Positions 1-7,614 of a stretch of DNA of 64,000 nucleotides are shown here, piece after piece. Source of the stretch: Oceanispirochaeta sp. (GTDB lineage Bacteria; Spirochaetota; Spirochaetia; DSM-2461); assembly GCA_963666275.2 (NCBI GenBank), contig CAXXOA010000001.1:1920001-1984000 (forward strand). Reading direction: 5' to 3'. The notes below the pieces were generated by a model. The model did no database searches, was not told the origin of the DNA, and was given only the letters and a program-made list of their open reading frames with translations. The position numbers were made by a program, and so were the translations under genes. Every line of letters starts with the position of its first letter. Within the stretch, counting starts at the first letter, position 1.

Positions 1-114
1 TACAGAATGCTGATTTTCGGACTGGCCCTTGTTATCATGATGATCTTCCGACCGGGAGGAATTATTCCCAAAGTTCGAAAATCTCATCAGTTTAAAACCG
101 GGGAGGAGAAGTAA
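1..114 (+). CDS. livM: 3' end of branched-chain amino acid ABC transporter permease (partial)
   Basis: Frame 1 reads YRMLIFGLALVIMMIFRPGGIIP...EEK*, a typical LivM C-terminus; its TAA overlaps the livG ATG. Confidence 0.85.
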   Translation, partial: YRMLIFGLALVIMMIFRPGGIIPKVRKSHQFKTGEEK

Positions 115-908
115 TGAGCAGCGCGCCAATACTCGAAGTGAATAACCTGTCCATGGTTTTCGGCGGTTTACGTGCCGTGGATGATGTGAACATCAAGATC
201 AATAAAGGGGAAATCGTTGCTCTCATCGGTCCGAACGGAGCGGGAAAGACAACATTTTTCAATTGTGTTACAGGTGTATATGTACCCACTCACGGTGAAG
301 TGAAAATAAATCCTCCCAATGGAAAATCTGCTGTTCTGAACGGCATGAAACCCAATGTTATCAATGAAAAGGGGCTGGCAAGAACATTTCAGAACATAAG
401 GCTTTTCAGCAATATGACGGTTCTTGAAAATGTTATGATCGGACGGCACCAATGCCTCAAATCCAGCATTCTGAGCTCTGTACTTCATACAAGAAAGAAC
501 AGGGCAGAGGAAAGACAGGTCCTTGAGGATAGTTATAATATTCTGAAAAAAATCGGTCTGGAGCAGTTTACCAATGAACTGGCCAGCAATCTTCCCTATG
601 GAGCTCAGAGACGTCTGGAAATAGCCAGAGCAATGGCGACGGAACCCTTTCTGCTCCTTCTTGATGAACCGGCAGCGGGAATGAACCCCCAGGAAACAAA
701 TCAGCTAGTAGAGCTCATCCTTCGTCTCCGTGAAGAAGAGGATCTCTCCATCCTGCTGATTGAACATGATATGAGCCTGGTCATGACCCTTTCAGAAAGA
801 ATATATGTAGTTGATTACGGCAAAATGATTGCCCAGGGATCTCCTCAGGAGATAAAAAACAATCCTGAGGTCATCAAAGCTTATCTGGGAGAGGATATCG
901 ATGCTTAA
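114..908 (+). CDS. livG: Branched-chain amino acid ABC transporter ATP-binding protein
   Basis: GPNGAGKTT Walker A, RTFQNIRLF, LPYGAQRRLEIARA, LLDEPAAG, EHDM, AYLG. Confidence 0.95.
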   Translation: MSSAPILEVNNLSMVFGGLRAVDDVNIKINKGEIVALIGPNGAGKTTFFNCVTGVYVPTHGEVKINPPNGKSAVLNGMKPNVINEKGLARTFQNIRLFSNMTVLENVMIGRHQCLKSSILSSVLHTRKNRAEERQVLEDSYNILKKIGLEQFTNELASNLPYGAQRRLEIARAMATEPFLLLLDEPAAGMNPQETNQLVELILRLREEEDLSILLIEHDMSLVMTLSERIYVVDYGKMIAQGSPQEIKNNPEVIKAYLGEDIDA

Positions 909-1608
909 TATTGAAAATATAAGTACCTTTTATGGAAATATACAGGCACTGAAAAATATCTCCATTTCTGTAAAAGAAGGGGAGATCATTACTCTTATCG
1001 GTGCCAACGGTGCGGGAAAATCCACAACTTTGATGTCTCTTTGCGGGATAGTTCCGGTAAAAAGCGGAAAAATCACATTTGACGGCAAAGATATAACAAA
1101 GATGAATCCTGACAAAATCGTGTCCATGGGAATATCGCAGGTTCCTGAGGGACGCCGGATATTTCCTCTTCTTTCTGTGAAAGAAAACCTGGATATGGGC
1201 GCATTCCTCAGAAATGATAAAGAGGAAATAAAAAAAGATATTGAATATATCTACACCCTTTTCCCCAGACTTGCTGAAAGACGGAATCAGCAGGGGGGAA
1301 CCCTCAGCGGGGGAGAGCAGCAGATGCTCGCTATTTCCAGAGCTCTCATGGCACGACCCAGACTTCTTCTTCTGGACGAGCCATCTCTCGGTCTGGCTCC
1401 GCTGATTGTACAGCAGATATTTGAAATCATTAAAAAAGTAAATGAAGAAAATAACACAACTATCTTTCTGGTAGAGCAGAATGCCAATATGGCACTGAAA
1501 ATTGCCCATCGGGGATATGTTCTTGAAACAGGGAACATAACAATGACGGACGATGCGGACAAGCTGCTTTCCAATGAAGATGTTAAAAAGGCTTATCTGG
1601 GTATATAA
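901..1608 (+). CDS. livF: Branched-chain amino acid ABC transporter ATP-binding protein
   Basis: GANGAGKST, VPEGRRIF, LSGGEQQM, LDEPSLGLAP, VEQNA. Confidence 0.95.
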   Translation: MLNIENISTFYGNIQALKNISISVKEGEIITLIGANGAGKSTTLMSLCGIVPVKSGKITFDGKDITKMNPDKIVSMGISQVPEGRRIFPLLSVKENLDMGAFLRNDKEEIKKDIEYIYTLFPRLAERRNQQGGTLSGGEQQMLAISRALMARPRLLLLDEPSLGLAPLIVQQIFEIIKKVNEENNTTIFLVEQNANMALKIAHRGYVLETGNITMTDDADKLLSNEDVKKAYLGI

Positions 1609-1631
1609 TTTACTATCCGGAAGAAGTTCTT

Positions 1632-1668
1632 AAAAAAGCTGAATACAAAATGTATTCAGCTTTTTTTT
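1632..1668. terminator. Bidirectional intrinsic terminator
   Basis: aaaaaagctgaataca-aaa-tgtattcagctttttttt between convergent genes. Confidence 0.85.
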
Positions 1669-2449
1669 ACATTAGAACACCCTCTTTTTGTGAAAGTGGA
1701 TTATCTTCATCGCCGAAAAGAGCATTAATCATCTCTGTAAGCTCAGAATTCACTCTTTTAAGATGATACAGAATTGTCCAGGGGTAACCAGCCTGAAAGA
1801 TCTCCTGATTCATCTGAGCCAGTGATTCCGGGGTCCGCAGCCATAGATAAGTGACAGGCGTTATTTCATCCAAGGGGATAAGACTCAGCATTGCAGGAAG
1901 TATATTATTGTCCACCCACAGGGGATCTATTGATTTCAGGGTATACATAAGGTACCAGTAGGAAAATTCGCTATTACTGTCAAAAAGACTGGGAATGAAC
2001 CAGGGATATTCCTGTAAAGGAAGGCTGTGAACTATCAGGTATTGCAGTTCTTCATAATACTCGTTTCTGATGAGGGAAAGAATGCCCGAGTTCCTGTCCA
2101 GAATCTTTTCAGTGAATTGTTTTTTCTCTTCCGGACTCCAGTTCTGATATTTCAGAATTCTATGAAAACTTTCCACAACAAAAAGGTCTTTCCCGGCACT
2201 GTAATTGACAAATTCCATCAGCCATTCAGGGGAATCAATATCTCTGCGAATGAGTGCAAAAGCTTCATCTATCTCCTGAAGAGATGCCTCCATCTCATTG
2301 ACTGCAAGTTCAACAGAACGGATATCTCCCGTATCCGTTGACTCACCAATGATCATGCCTGAAGTCTCACCGGAGTTTACTGCGGAGACACACCCGGAAT
2401 AGATCAGAGCAAGAAAAAATATGAATAAACTATTTATAACCTTTTTCAT
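1667..2449 (-). CDS. Hypothetical lipoprotein
   Basis: Likely start MKKVINS at 2449; basic N-terminus, hydrophobic stretch, lipobox-like YSGC; no family recognised. Confidence 0.6.
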   Translation of the reverse strand: MKKVINSLFIFFLALIYSGCVSAVNSGETSGMIIGESTDTGDIRSVELAVNEMEASLQEIDEAFALIRRDIDSPEWLMEFVNYSAGKDLFVVESFHRILKYQNWSPEEKKQFTEKILDRNSGILSLIRNEYYEELQYLIVHSLPLQEYPWFIPSLFDSNSEFSYWYLMYTLKSIDPLWVDNNILPAMLSLIPLDEITPVTYLWLRTPESLAQMNQEIFQAGYPWTILYHLKRVNSELTEMINALFGDEDNPLSQKEGVLM

Positions 2450-2529
2450 AGAAACCAATATACCATAAATTATTATGTTTTCATGCCCTTCCATAAAACA
2501 ATAATATTATATATATTTGTTTTTATATA

Positions 2530-2557
2530 TTGACAAAAAAAGAATTCCCGATATATT
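2530..2557 (+). promoter_or_regulatory. Putative sigma70 promoter of the methyltransferase/peptide/rSAM operon
   Basis: TTGACA (2530-2535), 16-nt spacer, TATATT (2552-2557) in an AT-rich intergenic region. Confidence 0.6.
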
Positions 2558-2601
2558 TATAGATATATATTTACACTTTCTTGATTATTAAGGAGATTCC
2601 T

Positions 2602-3249
2602 TTGGAAGTACTAGATGCCATAAATATTCGTTACAGTGAACTTTCCAACAGTGACTGCTGTCTATCCTGCGGAAAAGCACTTCAGTTTGCCGGTCCCGGT
2701 GAAGGAGAGACCTGTGTGGATCTGGGTTCGGGCAGAGGCAATGATGTCATCCGTATGGCCGAATCAGTGGGCGAAACAGGGTTTGCCTATGGTATAGATC
2801 TATCTGACGGTATGATAAGCAAAGCAAAAAGGAATGCCGAAAAGCTGGGTGTGAAAAATGTTGAGTTTCTCCAGTCGGATCTTGAAACTCTGCCTCTGAA
2901 ATGCGGTTCTGTGGATTTAATCATATCGAACTGCGTACTCAATCATGTCAAAGATAAATCAAAAGTCTGGTCTGAAATCTACAGGACCCTGAAAACTGGG
3001 GGCAGATTTGTTGTAAGTGATATCTATGCAACACAGACTGTTCCGGAAAAATATGCCAATGATCCTGCCGCTGTTGCAGAATGCTGGGCGGGAGCCGTTA
3101 CAAGAAAAGAATATATGGCGCTTCTGGAAGGTGCCGGATTTAAAAATATTACTGTCCTGGAAGAGACAAAACCCTATGATAAAGGGGAAATTCAAGTAGT
3201 CAGTTTTACACTTTCCGGCTTTAAAACCGGTGAGTGCAGCTGTAAATAA
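2602..3249 (+). CDS. ArsM-like (arsenite methyltransferase-type) class I SAM methyltransferase
   Basis: VDLGSGRG motif I; Cys motifs CCLSCG, ISNCVLN and AECWAGA match the ArsM/AS3MT pattern; AGGAG (2591-2595) precedes TTG at 2602 (ORF track start 2581). Confidence 0.8.
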   Translation: MEVLDAINIRYSELSNSDCCLSCGKALQFAGPGEGETCVDLGSGRGNDVIRMAESVGETGFAYGIDLSDGMISKAKRNAEKLGVKNVEFLQSDLETLPLKCGSVDLIISNCVLNHVKDKSKVWSEIYRTLKTGGRFVVSDIYATQTVPEKYANDPAAVAECWAGAVTRKEYMALLEGAGFKNITVLEETKPYDKGEIQVVSFTLSGFKTGECSCK

Positions 3250-3266
3250 ATTTGGAGGAAAGATCA

Positions 3267-3362
3267 ATGAAATCTCTCATCCGTAAAAAATCAGATAAAG
3301 CAGTGAAAACAGCACAGTGCTGTGCCAAAATTTCACCTGTTGTAGCTGGTTGTCACGACTAA
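3267..3362 (+). CDS. Putative RiPP precursor peptide, 31 aa (MKSLIRKKSDKAVKTAQCCAKISPVVAGCHD)
   Basis: GGAGGA RBS at 3254-3259, ATG 3267, TAA 3360-3362; three Cys; directly upstream of a radical SAM/SPASM gene; shorter than any ORF in the track. Confidence 0.8.
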   Translation: MKSLIRKKSDKAVKTAQCCAKISPVVAGCHD

Positions 3363-3395
3363 ATGAATTCCGGGCCTTCGGGCCCGGAATTTCAT
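3363..3395 (+). promoter_or_regulatory. GC-rich cUUCGg stem-loop after the peptide gene (mRNA stabiliser or leaky terminator)
   Basis: atgaattccgggcc-TTCG-ggcccggaatttcat; only a short U run follows. Confidence 0.75.
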
Positions 3396-3427
3396 AGCAC
3401 ACGCCTCAAGGAACAACTTTATAAACT

Positions 3428-4741
3428 ATGGAACTATCAAAATACACAATCTTTTCCAAGCTGAAAGACTCGACTAACTGGTTCATCATCAATCTGCTCA
3501 CTGGTGAAGCGGATATCCTGGATGAATCCACTGGAGAATCCATACAGAACGGAGACTTTCCCGATCCGCAGCCCTATATCGAAAAGGGGTACATTATGGA
3601 TCCCCGGGAGGAGGAAAAGCTTTTTAAATCCCGGTATCTTGACTTCAAAGAACAGCAGGAAAAATCTGAAACACAGATATTCTATGTTCCCACCTATCAG
3701 TGCAATTTTGCCTGTACGTACTGTTATCAGGAAAGTTACGAAAATCCTCCCCGGGAACAGCAGCTGGCTGTAATGGACAGTTTTTTTTCCCATCTGGACA
3801 GAAATTTTGCAGGAAAACCTTTCTATGTCACTCTCTTCGGGGGAGAACCGCTCCTTCCGGATAAAATCAGCCAGGAAAACATATCCTACTTTCTGGATGA
3901 AGCGGATAAAAGGAATATTTCTCTTGCGGTCGTGACTAACGGTTATTCTCTGGATTCCTATCTCCACAGGCTGCAGAGATCCAATATTCGCGAAATTCAG
4001 ATAACCCTGGATGGTGTAGGGGAAATCCATGATAAACGACGTCCTCTAAAGGGCGGACAGCCTACTTTTGAAAAAGTGGCGCAGAATATATCCAGTTGCC
4101 TGAATGCGGGGATCTCCGTAAACCTGAGGGCTGTTGTGGACAAACAGAACATAAAAGGACTGGTCGATCTGGCCCGTTATGCTATCCGGAATAAGTGGAC
4201 TGAATCTCCCTTATTTAAAACACAGCTGGGAAGAAACTATGAACTTCATACATGCCAGAGTGGACATAAGTACCTCTTCAGCAGAGTGGAAATGTACCAG
4301 GAACTCTACACACTCCTCAAGGATTACCCTGAAATAGGAGACTTTCATACACCGGCCTTTTCCATTTCCCGTTTTCTCCATGAAAACGGGGAGCTTCCGG
4401 AACCACTGTTTGACTCCTGTCCGGGGGGAAAAACAGAGTGGGCCTTTGACTATACCGGAAAGATTTTTCCCTGTACGGCCATGGTGGGAAAAGCCGGAGA
4501 AGAGCTGGGACAGTTTTATCCCGAATCCTTTCTGGAAGAATCAAAATGCGATCCCTGGCAGGACCGGGATGTTCTGGCAATAAGCGAATGCCGTGACTGC
4601 AGCCTTCAGCTGGCCTGCGGAGGCGGCTGCGGAGCCGTTTCCAAAAACCGCACAGGAACAGTACTGTCTCCAGACTGTAGACCTGTAAAAGAGTTAATGG
4701 AGATGGGAATATCATTGTATTTTAATCAAGGAGATATATGA
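3428..4741 (+). CDS. Radical SAM/SPASM domain protein, probable peptide maturase
   Basis: CNFACTYC (CxxxCxxC), FGGEPLL, TNG, QITLDG; SPASM cysteines SCPGG...FPC...CRDCSLQLACGGGC...C; RRE-like N-terminal extension. Confidence 0.9.
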   Translation: MELSKYTIFSKLKDSTNWFIINLLTGEADILDESTGESIQNGDFPDPQPYIEKGYIMDPREEEKLFKSRYLDFKEQQEKSETQIFYVPTYQCNFACTYCYQESYENPPREQQLAVMDSFFSHLDRNFAGKPFYVTLFGGEPLLPDKISQENISYFLDEADKRNISLAVVTNGYSLDSYLHRLQRSNIREIQITLDGVGEIHDKRRPLKGGQPTFEKVAQNISSCLNAGISVNLRAVVDKQNIKGLVDLARYAIRNKWTESPLFKTQLGRNYELHTCQSGHKYLFSRVEMYQELYTLLKDYPEIGDFHTPAFSISRFLHENGELPEPLFDSCPGGKTEWAFDYTGKIFPCTAMVGKAGEELGQFYPESFLEESKCDPWQDRDVLAISECRDCSLQLACGGGCGAVSKNRTGTVLSPDCRPVKELMEMGISLYFNQGDI

Positions 4742-6024
4742 TGGCTGGAAAAATTCAGGAAATTAAACAGGATGAGTGGTCGGAAGCTGTATTAAAACAG
4801 GAAAAGGTGGTTGTAGATTTCTATTCTACAGAGTGTCCCCCCTGTGAAGCCCTGGCTTCGAAATATACAGCGCTCAGTGAACTTTACGGAGATGATATCA
4901 AATTTGTAAAAATATTCAGACAGGGAAACAGAGAACTCTCGGAAGAGCTGGGCGTATCAGGATCTCCTACGGTTCTTTTCTATGAAAATGGGAAAGAGAT
5001 CGGGACCCGACTGGCCGGAGGAGTGAAAAGGTCTGATATGATGAATCAGCTGGACACTATGGCTGGAGAAACCAGAGCATCAGAAATTCATAATTCCATT
5101 GAGAAAATACAGACAGAATATGATGTAGCCATCCTGGGAGGAGGGCCCGCCGGACTGACGGCGGGGATCTACCTGGGCCAGGCTCATATCAAAACAGTGC
5201 TGATTGATACTGCTCTTTCCGGAGGCTATGTTTCAACAACCCATCAGGTATCAAACTATCCCGGTTTTATAGAACCTCAGCAGGGTTTTATGCTGGCGCA
5301 TTATATGAGCGAACAGGCCAAGGGAGCGGGTATTGATTTCAGACAGGCCGTCGAAGTCACATCGATAGATCTGGATAATAAAAAAATCCTTATTGATAAC
5401 GTTGAAACAATTCATGCCAAACAGATAATAATAGCAACCGGTTCTTCACCCCGGCCTTTGGGTATTCCCGGTGAGATGGAGTACAGAGGGAATGGAATAT
5501 CCTATTGTGCCACCTGTGATGCCAAGTATTTCGAAGACAGAGAAGTGATTGTTATCGGCGGTGGAAACAGCGCAATTGAAGAATCACTGTTTATTGCACG
5601 ATTTGCCAGAAAAATCACAATTGTCCATCAGTTTGCAGAACTGCAGGCCAATAAACAGGCCCAGGAAGAAGTTTTCAATAACGATAAAATTGAAATTCTT
5701 TTTGAGCATGAACCCAGAGAATTCATCAAAAACGGAAATATGGATATGAGTGTACTGGTAGAGGATCTTAAAACAGGTAAAACCAAAACTCTCAATGCCA
5801 ACGGGATTTTCGTCTTTGTTGGTTTTCAGTCCAATCTGAGCGGATTCCCCGAAACTCTGGCGAAAGATCAGTGGGGTTATTTGACTACAGATGAAAAAAT
5901 GGAAACAAATATACCCGGCGTTTATGCAGCAGGGGATATTAAATCAAAAGCCTACAGACAGATTACCACCGCAGTCTCAGATGGTACCATAGCTGCTATT
6001 ACGATTTCAAAAGAACTGTCCTGA
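4738..6024 (+). CDS. N-terminal thioredoxin fused to thioredoxin reductase-family flavoprotein
   Basis: VDFYSTECPPC Trx domain; GGGPAGLTA, ISYCATCD, GGGNSA, YAAGD, QITTAVSDG reductase motifs. Confidence 0.9.
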   Translation: MMAGKIQEIKQDEWSEAVLKQEKVVVDFYSTECPPCEALASKYTALSELYGDDIKFVKIFRQGNRELSEELGVSGSPTVLFYENGKEIGTRLAGGVKRSDMMNQLDTMAGETRASEIHNSIEKIQTEYDVAILGGGPAGLTAGIYLGQAHIKTVLIDTALSGGYVSTTHQVSNYPGFIEPQQGFMLAHYMSEQAKGAGIDFRQAVEVTSIDLDNKKILIDNVETIHAKQIIIATGSSPRPLGIPGEMEYRGNGISYCATCDAKYFEDREVIVIGGGNSAIEESLFIARFARKITIVHQFAELQANKQAQEEVFNNDKIEILFEHEPREFIKNGNMDMSVLVEDLKTGKTKTLNANGIFVFVGFQSNLSGFPETLAKDQWGYLTTDEKMETNIPGVYAAGDIKSKAYRQITTAVSDGTIAAITISKELS

Positions 6025-6047
6025 TCTATTTCCCCTCTTTTTTAATA

Positions 6048-7499
6048 TTAGAGAAGAGGGGAGAATATCCTGCAGAAAGAGTTCCTGAAACGGGCGGGAA
6101 GAGAAATTCCTTTCAAATGTTCAATTGTTATTTCCCGGCAGGATTCCCTGTCTCTGTAGAATTGTTCTTTCAGTTGCAGTGTCAATTGCTCATCATAGAA
6201 TACAGCATTAACCTCATAATTCAGGCGGAAGCTTCGGACATCCATATTGCAGGATCCCACAGTGGAAACCTGGTCATCCATTACAAGCATTTTACTGTGC
6301 AGGAACCCTTCTTCATAATGAAAGATTTTAACGCCTGATTCCAGGAGAGGCTGAAAATAGGTAAATGCTGACCACCAGGGTATCCTTTTATCGGGAATCC
6401 CCGCCATCATAAACTGTACATTGACACCACTGAGTGCTGCAGATTCCATGGCTTTCAGGATAGCCTGATCCGGAATGAAATAGGGACTCTGTATCAGAAT
6501 TTCATGACTGGCATTATTGATCATATTAAAATAGAGCAATTCCAGGGAATCCCATTTGGAATCCGGGCCGCTCACAGCAATCTGAACAGGTTTATTCATC
6601 TGTCTGCGTTCCTGAAATTTGAAAATCCCCGAATCCGGAAGTGTTTCTTTCTGACAGTTATACCAGTCTGCCATGAAAATAGTCTGCAGTAAACCGACCG
6701 AACTCCCTGTCATTCTTATATGCGTATCCCGCCAACGGGAAAACTTTTTTCCCCCTGTGATATATTCCTCACCAATGTTCATACCGCCCGTATAAGCGAT
6801 CTTTCCGTCAATAACAACTATTTTCTTATGGTTACTGTAATTGATCTTCAGACGGGCAATAAAACGGTTTAAATCAAGAAAATAGCTGAATTGTATACCC
6901 GATTCCCGTAATTCTCTCCTGTATTTGAATGAGATCCGTCCGAAGGATCCCAGACCGTCAAAAATCAGACGGACAGCAACTCCCTGTCGGACTTTATTTA
7001 TAAGAATCTCTTTTATCTTTTCTCCCAGAGAATCAGAGCGCCAGATGAAATATTCCATATGGATAGATTCTTCAGCATTTTCAAGATCCCTCAGTAAATC
7101 CGGAAAATGATCACTTCCGGAAAAATAGAGATTTACAGAATTATCTATGGTCAAAGGGACCATGCTGCTGTTCAGAAGAAGGTTCATGTTTTTCACAACA
7201 TCATTCATGGCGTCATCAGAAATTTCTGAGGAATTAATTGTTTCTTTCTGATATTCTATGATCGCTCTGTAATGGTCCTGAAAATATTCCTCCGGGATCC
7301 GGGGCACCAGTTTGTACTTCCTCCAGTCCAGACCGATGAGAATGTAGAGAGCTATTCCAATGATGGGAAAGATCAGTATGACCAGTATCCAGGCTATGGA
7401 GGCGTCGCTCTCTTTATTTGCCAGAATTATAGCGACGATGGACAGGAATGTTATAAAAACATTCAGTATGTAGAGGATTTGAAGGACTGTTGCTATCAT
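6048..7499 (-). CDS. cls: Cardiolipin synthase
   Basis: Two N-terminal TM helices; two HKD motifs (NHKKIVVIDG, LHSKMLVMDD); SPYFIPD, SFRLNYE. Confidence 0.93.
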   Translation of the reverse strand: MIATVLQILYILNVFITFLSIVAIILANKESDASIAWILVILIFPIIGIALYILIGLDWRKYKLVPRIPEEYFQDHYRAIIEYQKETINSSEISDDAMNDVVKNMNLLLNSSMVPLTIDNSVNLYFSGSDHFPDLLRDLENAEESIHMEYFIWRSDSLGEKIKEILINKVRQGVAVRLIFDGLGSFGRISFKYRRELRESGIQFSYFLDLNRFIARLKINYSNHKKIVVIDGKIAYTGGMNIGEEYITGGKKFSRWRDTHIRMTGSSVGLLQTIFMADWYNCQKETLPDSGIFKFQERRQMNKPVQIAVSGPDSKWDSLELLYFNMINNASHEILIQSPYFIPDQAILKAMESAALSGVNVQFMMAGIPDKRIPWWSAFTYFQPLLESGVKIFHYEEGFLHSKMLVMDDQVSTVGSCNMDVRSFRLNYEVNAVFYDEQLTLQLKEQFYRDRESCREITIEHLKGISLPARFRNSFCRIFSPLL

Positions 7500-7614
7500 G
7501 ATTAGAAGAATATACCAAGGTATAATTATTGTATATCTTAACTAGTGGAATATCCTGTTTGATTTCCTGTTGAACTTCCCTTTATTGCGTTTTTCTGATA
7601 GTTTTTCTTCCCAT

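Noticed and set aside
3249..3400. Selenocysteine recoding (hairpin as SECIS)
   Set aside because: Both the methyltransferase and the peptide end in TAA; no in-frame TGA precedes the hairpin
2581..6024. Standard arsenic-resistance (ars) operon, or arsinothricin/arsenosugar cluster
   Set aside because: No ArsR, ArsC or efflux gene; the rSAM protein has SPASM/RRE-like architecture with an adjacent peptide and I see no evidence that it is ArsL or ArsS
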